Assembly: GCA_965113315.1 (NCBI GenBank)
Contig: OZ220370.1
DNA: 64,000 nt
From: Podarcis vaucheri
Taxonomy: Eukaryota
Direction: 5' to 3' (one strand)
Every line of letters begins with the position of its first letter. Position 1 is the first letter of the stretch. The translations under genes and the position numbers were made by a program. The notes beneath the pieces were generated by a model. The model saw nothing but the letters and a program-made list of their open reading frames with translations, was not told the origin of the DNA and searched no databases. Shown piece by piece: positions 38,467 through 51,089 of this stretch.

Positions 38467-38845
38467 CAGCAAACTTTCTCAGCAGGGGGCCAGACCACTG
38501 TCCCTCTGACCTTGTGGGGGGCCAGACTATATTTTGAAAAAAAAATGAACAAATTCCTATGCCCCACAAATAACCCAGAGATGCATTTTAAATAAAAGCA
38601 CACATTCTACTCATGTAAAAACACCAGGCAGGCCCCACAAATAACCCAGAGATGAGTTTTAGATAAAAGGGCACATTCTACTCATGTAAAAGCACCAGGC
38701 AGGCCCCACAAATAACCCAGAGATGAGTTTTAGATAAAAGGGCACATTCTACTCATGTACTAAGACGCTGATTCCCATCCGTGGGCCAGATTTAGAAGGC
38801 GACTGGGCCAGATCCGGCCCCCGGGCCTTAGTTTGCCTACCCATG
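38467..38845 (+). mobile_element. hAT MITE family H1 with three internal units of about 70 bp
   Basis: Homology to the 62983 copy. GCCCCACAAATAACCCAGAGATG occurs three times. Confidence 0.88.
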
Positions 38846-39811
38846 TTCTATATCCTACCATCCATATACACAATACTTTAGAGCACAAGCGAAAAAAGAA
38901 AACCAACTCCCTATCTCAAGGGAATTTACATTTAAATTTGGACAGTGGCAAAACAGATGAAGGGGGAAGCCAAGGTCAACATAAGAAATATGAGCAAATG
39001 CAGTTTACATAAACTTCATTGCAGCTGGACATGAAGACTGGGGGTTAAAGCAAAAACTTCAGAGAAAAGGAAGGAAACCTGGCACCATCCCTACACATTC
39101 AAGCTACTTTATTGTACGGATCCATGGATTATATGTTCCTCCTTCCATCTCCTAATGGGTTGACAATTCATTTCTCTTAAAAAATAATAATAATACTGAT
39201 AAAAGTAGAAATATACAAGCCTGTTGCATTACATGCTCAACTTCTGGCAGTAAAGTAAAACCCTGGTTGATGGCCTAAAAGCCATCTCTTTTTTGTACAG
39301 CAAATACACACATGTAGAAACCAGCGATAATATTAAGCATTGAAGGAAAGCGATGGCTTTACATAGATTTTTTTTTTTGAAACAAACATATGGGATCAGC
39401 TTTGCCCTCAAAGTGCATAGTCTCCTGCTTCATTAAGTATGCATCTTGTAAAGGTCGTGGAGTTCGACTGCTATTCAGCAAAGGGTTCTGCTTTGCAGAA
39501 CTCATTTTCCTGTCTTTTTAGTTTTTATTTTCCACATAGAAAACTGCATGCAGAAGTATATTCCCAGGCTGACTGCAAGTGAAGTATTGAACAATCAGGA
39601 AAAGTCTAATTTAAAATTGAAATTTTAATTAAGAAATAAAGCTAGGATGCAATATGGAAAAGTACAGCATTCTGTTATATTGCGAGCAGAATCCAAAGGG
39701 TATATGGCTGGCTGGCATTCCTTCTGGGGAATGGGTTCCAAACCTAACCTCTTCAACCATTATGAAAACAGCTTTTTCTTTTTCTTTGGTAAAATCAACA
39801 AGGAATTTCTC

Positions 39812-39845
<34 letters not shown>

Positions 39846-40168
39846 TATTTATACCCCGCCCATCTGGCTGGGCTTCCCCAGCCACTCTGGGCGGCTTCCA
39901 ACCAAATATTAAAATACAGTAATGCCTCAAACATTAAAAGCTTCCCTAAACAGGGCTGCCTTCTAAAAGTCTGGTAGTTGTTGTTCTCTTTGACATCTGG
40001 TGGGAGGGCGTTCCACAGGGCGGGTGCCACCACCCAGAAGGCCCTCTGCCTGGTTCCCTGTAACCTGGTTTCTCGCAGTGAGGGAACCGCCAGAAGGCCC
40101 TCGACGCTGGACCTGTGTCCGGGTAGAATGATGGGGGTGGAGACGCTCCTTCAGATATACTGGACTGA
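39812..40168 (-). mobile_element. L2 LINE 3' fragment with (ATT)n tail
   Basis: Translation VVAPALWNALP and the L2 3' end CCCAGAGTGGCTGGGG. Confidence 0.85.
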
Positions 40169-40416
40169 GAAGCTCTACAGAAATTTTCTCAGTGGCTCTT
40201 ACGGCACAGTCCTAATCCTAGATCCATAATCCTAGATCCACTGGGGTGAGAGAGTTAGGACATGGCAGATCTCTAGCTCAGCCAAGCAGGTTCCCAGCTC
40301 AGGTGGCCTACGCCAGTGTACGTCCCCCAGCCTGGCTCAGCTGGAGATACGCCAGTTTTCTTCTCCAAAAACACATCAATTCCTATCAGAGTACGAATTT
40401 CCATTAAATATTTTAC

Positions 40417-40524
40417 CTGTTAAGTCAAAATTCGGTGCAATGGTGCTGTCAGCTAGAGTAAACCATATTAAGCCCAAGCTCATACACACTGCAGCAGAAA
40501 CGTCCGCAATATTGTAACGTTTTC
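40417..40524 (-). CDS. SLC35B3: SLC35B3 coding exon 4 (GKRYNIAD...NFDLT)
   Basis: 108 nt, CACAG| acceptor and G|GTAAAA donor, phase-compatible. Confidence 0.97.
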
Positions 40525-40807
40525 CTGTGCAGGGAAAAAGGGAGAAGTTGACACCATGCAATGATGGAAGAGTTAATTCTTCAGTTCATTTGGTACTGAG
40601 TACACAGCAAGTAAACAAATATTCAATTCACCGCCTAACTCAAGATCTTGGGGCCAAATCATAAATCTCATTATCAACCTTGTTGCTGCTTGAGTGTGGT
40701 CTTTTTCCACACTGGTGCAGTAACATATATAATAAAAAGAACCAATGGAAGGCATGGATGGAGTTACACTCTGCGTCAGTGCACCCCCTCCCTGGGAGCC
40801 CAGAGTA

Positions 40808-41049
40808 CAGTCACACCTTGGATCCAGAATGCCCTGGAACACAGACGTTTTGGCTCCCAAATGCCGCAAACCTGGAAGTGATTGTTCCGGTTTTCGAACC
40901 TTCTTTTGGAATCCGAACGTCCAACGGGGCTTCCGATTGGCTGCAGGACCTTCCTGCAGCCAATCAGAAGCCGCGCTTTGGTTTCCAAATGTTTTGGAAG
41001 TCGAATGGACTTCCGGAACAGATTCCATTCGACTTCCAAGGTGCAACTG
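40808..41049. mobile_element. Tigger-like MITE with an internal palindrome
   Basis: TA-CAGTCACACCTTGG...CCAAGGTGCAACTG-TA. Hairpin GATTGGCTGCAGG/CCTGCAGCCAATC. Confidence 0.85.
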
Positions 41050-41899
41050 TACTGGCATGAGAAACATCCTTTGTCTCCATGGTACGTTCATTTGCTGGAC
41101 TGTTGTGTGACGTAGCAATGAAGAGACAGCAACCATGCCAATGGAGGAACATATGAACCAGCCCTCGGTGGCAATATCCTGACACCTGGTATCAAAATAG
41201 GTGGCCTACAGATACATTTTCTGCCAGACTTGAAACTTTTTAACATATAGTTTTGTAAAGATGTCTAAAATCTTGGGGCATGTGGATACTGAAATTTTGC
41301 AGGTGGTATCTTTCACCTCCCATTCTAGATGCTTCAAAGGTATTAAGAAGTGTTGAGCCTAGAATGTTTAGTTTAACAGGTAAAGAGAATTTCAAGTCTG
41401 AAATCAATCTCTGAAATCTAACTTCATTATCGTTAAGTAAGCCAACAATTATTACTACTGTTCTCAGCTGTTTCACTTCACCATAACCAAATTCAAAAAA
41501 ACTAGCCAGCTGCACTAAAATGCCAATTCAAAGGGCGGTTTTCCTAGGTTTCCCATACAGTAAAAATAACCCATATAAGTGAGTCTCTCTCCATCAAATG
41601 AAAGCAGCAGCACCTTGGGGATTTCATGAACGGAGTTAGTAGATAAATTATTCTAGGCTCAGGCAAGAAATGTCAAACTTTTTCAAAGTGAAGCCACCAC
41701 CACGAGCCTCCCCAAAAGCATTAACAAGACTCAACCGTGCAGTGTTAACCTTTATTCAGTGGCTGAGGTGTAGCATGATCAGCACAAAAAATGAAGGCTC
41801 TGGTCATATCCTTAAAGAAACAAAAAGTCTGACTTACTTGCCTCTCCTCCCCAAAAATAATTCAACACAATAGAATTACACCCACTTTCACCAAACGGG

Positions 41900-41959
<60 letters not shown>

Positions 41960-41965
41960 GAGAGT
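41900..41965. repeat. (GT)n(GA)n compound microsatellite
   Basis: Read directly. Confidence 0.97.
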
Positions 41966-42330
41966 GTAGTGGAGGAATATAGGTCTCAAGAGACACTCAA
42001 TGCAAGTTCAGATAATAATTCTGCCTCAATTACCAGCTATTTACATTTTGGACAGTCTAAATCAGGAATGCATCAAAAATACTTTCCCAATCACATTCTA
42101 AGATTCTCCACCCTACAGGTTGCTTCTAGGCCTCCTTTGCAGTTTTGTTTTGATTCATTTTGGTTATTGACTCAAATTCAAAATCAATCCAGGATTTCAA
42201 AGTAACTTAAGACCTCTACAGTGAGGCAATGGATAGAGAGGGTTAAGGGAAGAGAAAATAAACCACTGCTGGGTCTTTACAAGTTTATTTTCTGAAATGA
42301 ACAGCATTCAATAGCAAGAATAAGGCATAC

Positions 42331-42485
42331 CTTGTATAAAGACTCCTCCTATCATAACTGGGATCAGTTTACAGCACTTGAAGATGACTTGTGTAGGATA
42401 ATTCAGATATCCTAAGGAGGTATTTGATAAACCCATTGTCCCCACTGTTAGAAAAGCTATTATCATGTAGGTTTTGCCTGGGATC
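42331..42485 (-). CDS. SLC35B3: SLC35B3 coding exon 3 (IPGKTYMII...GGVFIQ)
   Basis: 155 nt with AG/GT ends. Contains the SLC35B motif LNYPTQVIFKCCKLIPVM. Confidence 0.97.
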
Positions 42486-43545
42486 CTGGAAAATATAAAT
42501 GAAGCTCTGTATTGGGGAGCAAATGTGAACACTCAAAGAGAGGCTTTAATATTGTGGCAAGTGACTTTTCATGGAATTCAAAATAGTGCTGAAATCTGAA
42601 TTTATTTTTTATTTAATTAGATATAATAAACCAGAAAACTTAACTACTGTATTATCACTTACTGCCACTATGTTGGCGATTTATTCTATTTTAAAATGGA
42701 AGATATAAAAGCATGCTATTTCATGCCTTTCATTCATTGCCCTACACAGACATGCAGAATACAACATATTCTGTACCAATCAGTGGGATTAATCCAAAAT
42801 AACTGTCCTGAGAATACTGGCTTTCCTGTAGGTTCAGATAATATAAAACCTCAAACCCCTGATCTCTACTTACTATACAGCTCTAGAAAAAAATAATAAT
42901 GCCCAAAGAAGAGTTGGGACATCAACAGCCAACTTTCTTTTCTGAGCGACCTTGGGAACGAACTGGAAGGCTGCTCTTACAGGTTTTCCAGATTTCAGGA
43001 GTAACTTCTCAGGAGTTACTGGATGGGAGATCTGTGATCAGTAAGGTCTGTTTCATGCATGGAAGCTCCCCATACAGTCCGTTGGATCCTAGCCTTTTTG
43101 CAGGAGTTTCCATTGTAACACTACTCAAATATTTCAGAAACTCTGGAATCAGCTGACATCTAGCATGTGATGTGAACAGATTATAAAAGCCGCAAAGAAA
43201 AATGATTCTCTTTTTCAGTATAAAATAAATGAGAAATGTATGCATCTGTTGCTATGTTTTTATTAATTTTAAAATTTGTGCCAATTAAGTGATCTTAAAG
43301 TAACTCCCCACATTAAGTGGGGAGGGAGAGAAATTCTACTTCATGTTCATTTTTCATTGGGCTGACAGCTCCACAAGTCAACACCATGGGCATTGTTATG
43401 GAATCTTACTAAATCAGACAAAATGTTTAGAAATAATATTTGACTGATTCCTGCCCCAATTCAACTTCACAAATCATTTCTGGTTAAATCAAATTTAACC
43501 CACATAACAATCTGAAAAAGTAAGGCTATATAGATAATATCATAC

Positions 43546-43667
43546 CGTCTCCTTTTGTCCTGAATAAGCTGTAGTTCTATGAGTCCAAAAATGGAATAAA
43601 ACCCAAATTGCACTAATGTAAGATACCACCCAAAGGGTTTAAAACCTTCCACTGAAAATATCAGTTC
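43546..43667 (-). CDS. SLC35B3: SLC35B3 coding exon 2 (ELIFSVEGFK...QDKRR)
   Basis: Acceptor TTCCAG| and donor CG|GTATG. 122 nt, phase 0 to 2. Confidence 0.97.
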
Positions 43668-44040
43668 CTGGAAGAGGGAAAACAGAGAAGCATTATATTT
43701 AAAACATTGCCTATGTGACCATGTTGTATATTTTTAACTTTTAAAATTAGACTTACTCAGAAATTTGCTTTAACATTTTTTGCCTCCCGGCTTAAAAATA
43801 TTGAACAGAATTATCATTAGCTTAATGAATCTGGCTAACCATCCTGTCAAGTTAAGACTTGGTATTAATTTGAATACTCTTTCTGACTTGTTTTTAATTC
43901 ATGTACTTTGTTTTTGAACATCAGTGTGAAAAGCAAGCACCAGCATTAGATATCCTATTTTGTCGGCCCATTGAGTGGGTTTTAAATTCAGAGAAATGTA
44001 CTCTTCATCTATTCACCTCTTATGCAAGACTCCAGCATCA

Positions 44041-44460
44041 CATAAGTACATAAGAAAAACCCTACTTGATGAGTCCATCCATTTCTAAAACTGATGAGAC
44101 AAATAAGGCTCACTCTCAACTCTTTGCTCCTCAGCATCTAGATTCAGACTGCTTCCTAACATGGAGCTTCCATTTGGCTATCATATAGCCATTTATGTCT
44201 CTGGATTTGTCTAAACTCCTTTTAAAGACTTCTAAGTTACTGTAGAGAATTCCCTATATGATTTATGCATTGTGTGAAGAAGTTCTTTGTTTAGTCCGTC
44301 CTGACTCTTATCAACCGGTTTCCTTGGGTGATCCCAAGTTCTAGTGTTATAAGAGAATTTTCTTTGTCCTTCCTCACCATTCATAACATTGTAAACTCCT
44401 ATCATGCCCTCCATCCCCTCGTCATATTTCCCCCCTCAACTACAAAGCATTAAATCATTT
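44041..44460 (-). mobile_element. Old degraded CR1 fragment
   Basis: CATAAGTACATAAGAA tail remnant and a degenerate RT C-terminal translation. Confidence 0.55.
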
Positions 44461-44482
44461 TAAACTTTACTAAGATGTTAAG

Positions 44483-44620
44483 TTACAGATAGGTAGCCAT
44501 GTTGGTCTGCCATAGTCAAAATAGATGTGTATCTGAAGAAGTGTGCATGCACACGAAAGCTCATACCAAGAACTAACTTAGTTGGTCTTTAAGGTGCTAC
44601 TGGAAGGAATTTTTCTATTT
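44483..44620 (+). mobile_element. Short Penelope-like insertion
   Basis: 12-bp TSD TAAGATGTTAAG at 44471-44482 and 44621-44632. Carries a hammerhead motif. Confidence 0.85.
44529..44566 (+). ncRNA. Minimal type I hammerhead ribozyme motif
   Basis: GTAT-CTGAAGA-A-GTGTGC(AT)GCACAC-GAAA-GC-TC-ATAC: 4-bp stem I, stem II hairpin and palindromic AGCT stem III. Confidence 0.82.
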
Positions 44621-44632
44621 TAAGATGTTAAG

Positions 44633-44862
44633 GCCATCTGAGGGCCTTCTTAGTAGTGGCGCCCGTGCTGTGGAATGCCCTCCATTCAGATATCAAAATC
44701 CAATTATATTACTTTCCGTAGACCTCTGAAGGCAGTCCTGTATCAGGAAGCTTTTAATGCCTTAGGTCTTGTGTGTTCTTTTATATTCTGTTGGAAGCTG
44801 CCCAGAGTGGTGGGGCAACCCAGTTAAATGGGTGGGGTAAAAGTAATAAATTATTATTATTT
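44633..44862 (+). mobile_element. L2 3' fragment
   Basis: AGGGCCTTCTTAGTAGTGGCGCCC...TGGAATGCCCTCC and an (ATT) tail. Confidence 0.75.
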
Positions 44863-45660
44863 TCATTACCCTTTGCTCCACCTTTTCCAGCTGATGGTAT
44901 ATTTTTAGAGATGTGGCAACCAGAACTGTACACATTATTCGGTGTGTTATCTCTGTCATGGGCACATTTTATTGGTGTTTTCTTTTAAATCTCTTCCCCT
45001 AATTATCTCAGACATGACCTTGGGAGATTTTACTGAAGCTGCACACCAATTTGATGTTTCCATTCCATACACCAAGATTCCCAAATCTAATTCTTGTTAC
45101 TCATGGCCGGTTCAGACCCCATCACTGTGTATGTGAAGACAGGACAACAGGTCCCAAGTTGTGTCTTGCCAGCTGAAGCTAAGATCTGGGTCTGGCTAGA
45201 TGGAAGACATATCGTGGTTCTACTGCCCTCAAGACATTCAGGATGATGTTAGTGTGGGAGAGGACATTCTCACCGACAGCGCTTAAATTGTGGAACTGCC
45301 TCCCTGAAGAGGTGTGTGTGTGGCATCTCCACTATATTGTTTATATGCTTTCTGTTGTATGATGAAGACATACCTTTTCATCCTGGACTTTGACAACTGA
45401 CACTGACATTTTTAGGACCCACCCTATTCTTGTGGCTGTAATTTGTTTTAAGCTGTTTTCGATAATTGCATTTTCAAAGTGCTGTGGCCTACCATGAAAC
45501 CTTTGGTTGACGGACAGGTAATAAATTAAGTAACAGTAGAAAATAAGCCCTCATATCTGCATCAAGCCACTACAGATTACAATAGAATTTTATTGAGTAA
45601 TACATTATTCTGAAGAAGAAAACACAAACATTACCATAAGCAGTGAATTACAACACTTAC

Positions 45661-45861
45661 CTGCAGATATCCATAAATAAGATAAAACAGAAAGACTCCA
45701 GAAACGCAAATGAAAAACTGGGTAGCCTTGTTAAATTTACTGAGATTAATGCCAAGGACAACTACATCATCTACTGATTTGATGTGTGGCGACATAGCTT
45801 GGGACTTTGAAGGTACGCTGATAGAAACATACTTCCGAGAGGAATTGAATTTCAGATCCAT
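45661..45861 (-). CDS. SLC35B3: SLC35B3 coding exon 1 (MDLKFNSS...YGYLQ); the exon probably starts at 45916
   Basis: ATG at 45861 and 67 codons. Donor CAG|GTAAGT. Acceptor CTTGTTTCTTCCAG just before 45916. Confidence 0.93.
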
Positions 45862-47451
45862 GATTCCTAGCTTGCTGCATTCGGTGGCGATGAAATCTTT
45901 GATGTTTGTTTGAAAGCTGGAAGAAACAAGTTTAGACTGAATCAAGACAGCATTCAAATGAAAACCACAACAGTCCCATATTCCAAGCACAATTTTAATT
46001 TTAATTGAATCAATCTTCTTGATATCCTTGTAGAAGGATTTTTAAAATTCCATTATTATGGAAACCACCATGCCAACCAAGTAAACAATCATGCACCATT
46101 CTTTCTATAGGACTAAAATGTCTGATCCTGATTCTACAGAGGCAGCAGAATTAACATAAGACTGACTATAGGCAGGAAATTTGACAATTCCCAATTTTGT
46201 TGGCTAAACTTGACACAGCTGCTTAAAAATCAAGCTTCAACAAATGTGAAACCAGCACACTTCCTTCTTCTTGAAAGCACACCCACCTTGGATTCGCTAA
46301 AAAGGTGGGGGTAGATTTAAGATCAGTTATAATTTTTGCTGTGTCAGCCATCTTTCTGTTAAAATACACTTGCAGAAGGCATCCCATGTGCCTCCATAGA
46401 TGCTGGATAGAGAGAGTTCCCTGCTCTGCTACTATAAAATGGTAATCTTAATTTGTGAAACCAAAACAATGTGTGCATTCTCATCTCTGAGTACAGGATA
46501 AACAATGAGAATTTAAACTTTGTTGTATGCTACCTTTCTTGCAAGGTGTCTTGAGTAAAAGAAACAGGTTAGAAAGTAAGGAACTATATATGCAATAAAA
46601 AATGTATTTATTAAACAGAATGCCTAGCTGGATTTGTCAGTCATACACTGCTTCAAAACACTTAATACAGTAATTGCTAACTGTGTTACACGACAGGTTT
46701 TTTCTGTTTTTCACCTTCAGGCTAAACATACTGTTCAGTCAATGCTCTCTAAAAGTTCCTATCAGCAGCTTAGCTAGAAGTTAGTAATTAATTTTCATTT
46801 GCCTGGATATACTAGTAAAATGCAATTTTATGCATTTGGGGATTATCTATGGAAGTATCCCCGTTATAGTTCTTTACTTTGTGGTAAGTGTTTCTCCACC
46901 TAAGAGAGCCTTCCCCCAATAAAATGGATCCAAGTGGAGACTGTGTGTCTTCAGCGTGTGTTGACATCACAATGCTTACAAACTGAATGCATTACCGCTC
47001 TACTTAATCCTCCCCATGCTTTTTTCCTTTCTTTTTTCCAGAGTTAAGATCACAAGTTGCCAGAAAAATCCTCAGCTGTTCTTTCAAAAACAAGGAACAC
47101 CAAGCTTTTCATTTGCGGATGTGTTAAACTGACAGCTGCCATTGATGATTAAATAATGGATCTCTTGAAATGAGCACACATCTTAATAGAACATGTATCA
47201 ACACATTTACTCTCCCCCCCAAAAAATCTTTTTTCACTTGTCTCCTTTGTCCTTGTCACAAGCATGCTTACTGAAGTCTGGCTAGCAGCTCTTCAAAAAC
47301 AGATAAATTCTCTGTATGTGCCAAAATGGGCATAGCTTCAGACTGAAAAAATCAGAATACCTGTCATCTTGGATGGAGGGTTAAAAATCTTCCAAGTCTG
47401 ATCACATATTTTTTATAAAAAGTAGAGAATACATGTTTGGAGATGTGTGTG

Positions 47452-47620
47452 ATAGGAACATACGAAGTTGCCTTAACTGAGTCAGACTGTTGGTACATCT
47501 AGCTTGGCAATGTCTACACTGGCAGCAGGTTTTCAGGGTTTCAGAAAGGGTTCTCTTCCAGTCCTATCTAGAAATGTAATCTGGGCCCTTTTGCAAGCAA
47601 AGCAGGTGCTCTACCACTGA
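47452..47620 (-). mobile_element. tRNA-derived SINE (same family as the copy at 504), degraded
   Basis: Reverse strand reads TCAGTGGTAGAGCACCTGCTTTGC...TAGACATTGCCAAGCTAGATG...TTCCTAT. Confidence 0.65.
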
Positions 47621-47769
47621 CCGAGGACCCTTGCCCAAGAAAGGTCAACTAATTTATTATGGAAAAGGTGTCTGGCATAGGAATGAACACTTTTCCCTGT
47701 GAGAGTTGACCACAAATCACTTCTGCGGCAGGGACTCTGCACAAACTCTGCACCACCTGTTGACAACAC

Positions 47770-48525
47770 GTTTTGGTCACCCTCCTTGGTCACACACATT
47801 CCAACTTGTCAACATCCTTCTTAGATTGTGGTGCCCATAACTTGACACAGTATTCCAGGTGTGGTTTGGCCATGGCAGAATAGAGTGGCGCTATTGCTTC
47901 CCTTTATCTGGACGCTAGAGTTCTGTTGATGCAGCCTAGAATAGCATTACCTTTTTTTTTGCTGCTGAATCAAATATCTAAAGGGCTGTCATGGAAGATG
48001 GATCAAACTTGTTTTCTCTTGCTCCAGAGGGTAGGACCCAAACCAGTGGATTCATGTTACAAAAAAGGAGATTCTGACTAAACATCAAGAAGAACCTTCT
48101 GACAGTAAGAACTGTTTGACAGTGGAATGGACTTCCTCAGCACGTGGTATACTCTCTTTTGCTGGAGATTTTAAAGCAGAGGTTGGATGGCCAGATGTCT
48201 TGGATGCTTTAAGAAGAGTTTGGAGTTTGGATTTGATATCCCGCCTTTCACTCCCCTTCAGGAGTCTCAAAGCGGCTAACATTCTCCTTTCCCTTCCTCC
48301 CCCACAACAAACACTCTGTGAGGTGAGTGGGGCTGAGAGACTTCACAGAAGTGTGACTGGCCCAAGGTCACCCAGCAGCTGCATGTGGAGGAGCGGAGAC
48401 ACGAACCCGGTTTCCCAGGTTACGTGACTACCGCTCTTAACCACTACACCACACTGGTTCTCTTTAACTGAGATTCCTGCATTGAAGGGAGTCCCTTCCA
48501 ACTTTATAATTTTAAGTTTCTATGA
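47770..48525 (+). mobile_element. CR1 with an inverted 5' segment (47770-47971 minus; 47972-48212 and 48463-48525 plus)
   Basis: Both parts align to consecutive regions of the CR1 at 34658-35274, in opposite orientations. Confidence 0.8.
48213..48462 (-). mobile_element. Squam3-like CORE SINE inserted in CR1
   Basis: Homologous to the 29840 copy. TTTAA is duplicated at the flanks. Confidence 0.87.
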
Positions 48526-50342
48526 AGAGGATGCTAGCTCATTGTATACTTTGTGTTCTGACTCTCAACAACAATGAAACATGTTTAAACAGAGATACAA
48601 TTTTAACAAGTTTTTTTGTAATATTGTTTCTTTTTGTCTTTTGTTGCTTTTGTCGTAAGCTGTTTTGGATGGGTATTTGCCCAAAAAAGTGGCAAGAAAA
48701 TGTTTTGATTAAAAAAAAATACATTCCAAAGGAAACAGAGAGGTAATGCAGCTCAGTGGCAACATAAAACATATTGTCCCAATGTTTTCCCATATACATA
48801 TAACAGTCGTCGGTAAGAATGTAAATGTAAGTACAAATGGGTGGTGTAAAGTGCACAAGGGCAAAGAAATCAATACTGGGCTACAATTCTTACTTATTTG
48901 AAAGTAATTCTCATAGAACTCAATCTCGCAGGTCATTTCTTAGTGTCTAGGATTGGGCTGCAAGCAAATATTGAATATGCATGTTCAATTAAAGGTAATT
49001 TGGAACGAATGTTTTCACCAAAATATCCTCTACCATCAAATTAAGAGTTTTATACACACATAGTTCTTATTGTCCTTCCATTGTTACAGGAATGTCTCAA
49101 TCTGGTGTGGCTATACTGTGGCGAGGCAGAAATGGCTCTCGGATTGCCAAACACATCAACCATGACACAATTCCTTGCTTTAACAGCCGAAAAGAATGTG
49201 CCTTTTCCCAACAATAATATGTAGCAGTGGGCATATTTCATTCTGTTACAGTGTTGTTAAAAGGCACGATGGACTGGTTCACAGGTCATGCAATGCCAAA
49301 CCATGACTTCATGTGAATGCGGGGGGGGGGGGTGTCCCAGGGAGGAGATCAGAGGCATTTCATTCCTCCAACACTAATGGATCCTGGTGGGTCACACACA
49401 CTTTGCAAAGGAGCAAACTGTTTCCCTCTTATCTCTGCATCGCCCCTCCCCCCTTTTTTTGCTCCAATCTTGCTTTGGCACTGTGATTTCAGGTAGAAAT
49501 TTCAGGGCAAATGTATGGGTGGAAGGAGGCAGGAAAATAACTGGAAGGAAACAGGTTGTTTTCCTCCCCACTCCTTCAACCCGCAAAATGTGTGTGGCCC
49601 ATTCAGAATCAGCTGGCGGTGGTGCAAACCCAGTTACGCAACAACAGTGACTTGTAAGCGTATCTGCCGCTGCTTTGCATCCCATCTTTTCAAAGAAAGA
49701 GGAGCTTATTGGTGCTACCTGCTGCTCTCCCGCCCACCACACCACCCCAATCCACTCTGACTAGCCCACTTCTCCTTTGACATCTGGCCTTGCCTCCTGC
49801 AGCTGCCATACAGCAAGGGTGAGGGAATGAAAGTTCCATTCTCCCCCAACCCTTTCAGAAAGAAAAAAGGCACACCTGAATGGGTGGCTGAAGTATGGAG
49901 CCCAGGAACCCACTCCAATTTTGCAGAGAGGACATTGCTGCCATGTGGCAGACAGGTGGAGGATAGAGCTGCCCAACGGTCTCTCCACCCCTCACAAAAT
50001 TTAAAAAAAAAACTAGTTGGTTTGCCTTGCCGCTGCCATGCAGACAGGCAAGGGGTGGTGCTCTTGGTCTTCTCAATCCACAGGAGAAAAGCACTATCTT
50101 TTATGCGCTTTGCAGTTTCCTCTCCTTGCACCAGCTTTGGGAAGGGAATGTATTTCTGTCATGAAATTATGAAACAGGAAATGTTAAGTATTGCATAGAA
50201 GGCAATATGCACCCTGGTTTCAGAAGTGGCTGCAGAGCTGGCCCAAGACATTTTGCTGCCTGAGGCAAAGCGGCAAATGGTGTCTCCGCGGCCAACCTTG
50301 CACAGCCAGCCAAGTTATTTTGGTGCCAAGGCAATAATAATA

Positions 50343-50376
<34 letters not shown>

Positions 50377-51089
50377 CCATCACTTTCCCACTCAGACAGT
50401 AAGAACACAACAACAAATCACAAACCAATTTGCTACTTTTTCATTAAGGCAACCGAAAGCAGCTTCCTCAACTCTTCCCAAGAGAAGGGGCAGCCCAGAG
50501 CCATTTGGCGCAAGTTACTCTGAGCGTAAGCTACTTATGGGTCAGTGCACCTGTTTGCCAGGTTGATAGCTTGAGCGCACCTGGGGGTTGGACTAGATGA
50601 CCCTAGGGATCCCTTCCAACTCAACAATTTTATGATTCTACTTTCCTAACCCCAACACTAAATCTAGAATTCCTGATCAGCCAACCTCCCTTTAAGCCCG
50701 AAAGGGAAGGTTCACAGAGGTAGCAGCTGGCGAAACCATCTCCAGACTGAAGCCACCCACCCCTCCTGCCCTCCTGCCCCTTTCCAAATCTCTCCATGGG
50801 AAACAGGACTGCAGGGAGGGAGAGGAGCCGCGCCAAAGCAAGACCCGTTTTGTTTCCGTTTCCTTCGGAGCATAAGCCTGAAAATGCAATGCTAAATCCT
50901 TTTACACCTTCAAGCAAACAAAACAAACGCGACTCACACTTTGTAAATAGAGAAATCGCTTCTGTTTCTTTCAGAGCTGAAGCCTCAAAATGCAATGTTT
51001 TTAAATGGTTAAAAACAAATGCTGTTTGCAAATAAAAGGCGTGGGAAGGGAGGAAAGCCTCTGGCTGTTAAAGCAGAAGGTTGGTGGTT

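Noticed and set aside
38561-38758. Regular repeats superficially like a CRISPR array
   Set aside because: The units are contiguous tandem copies with no unique spacers, inside a eukaryotic MITE.
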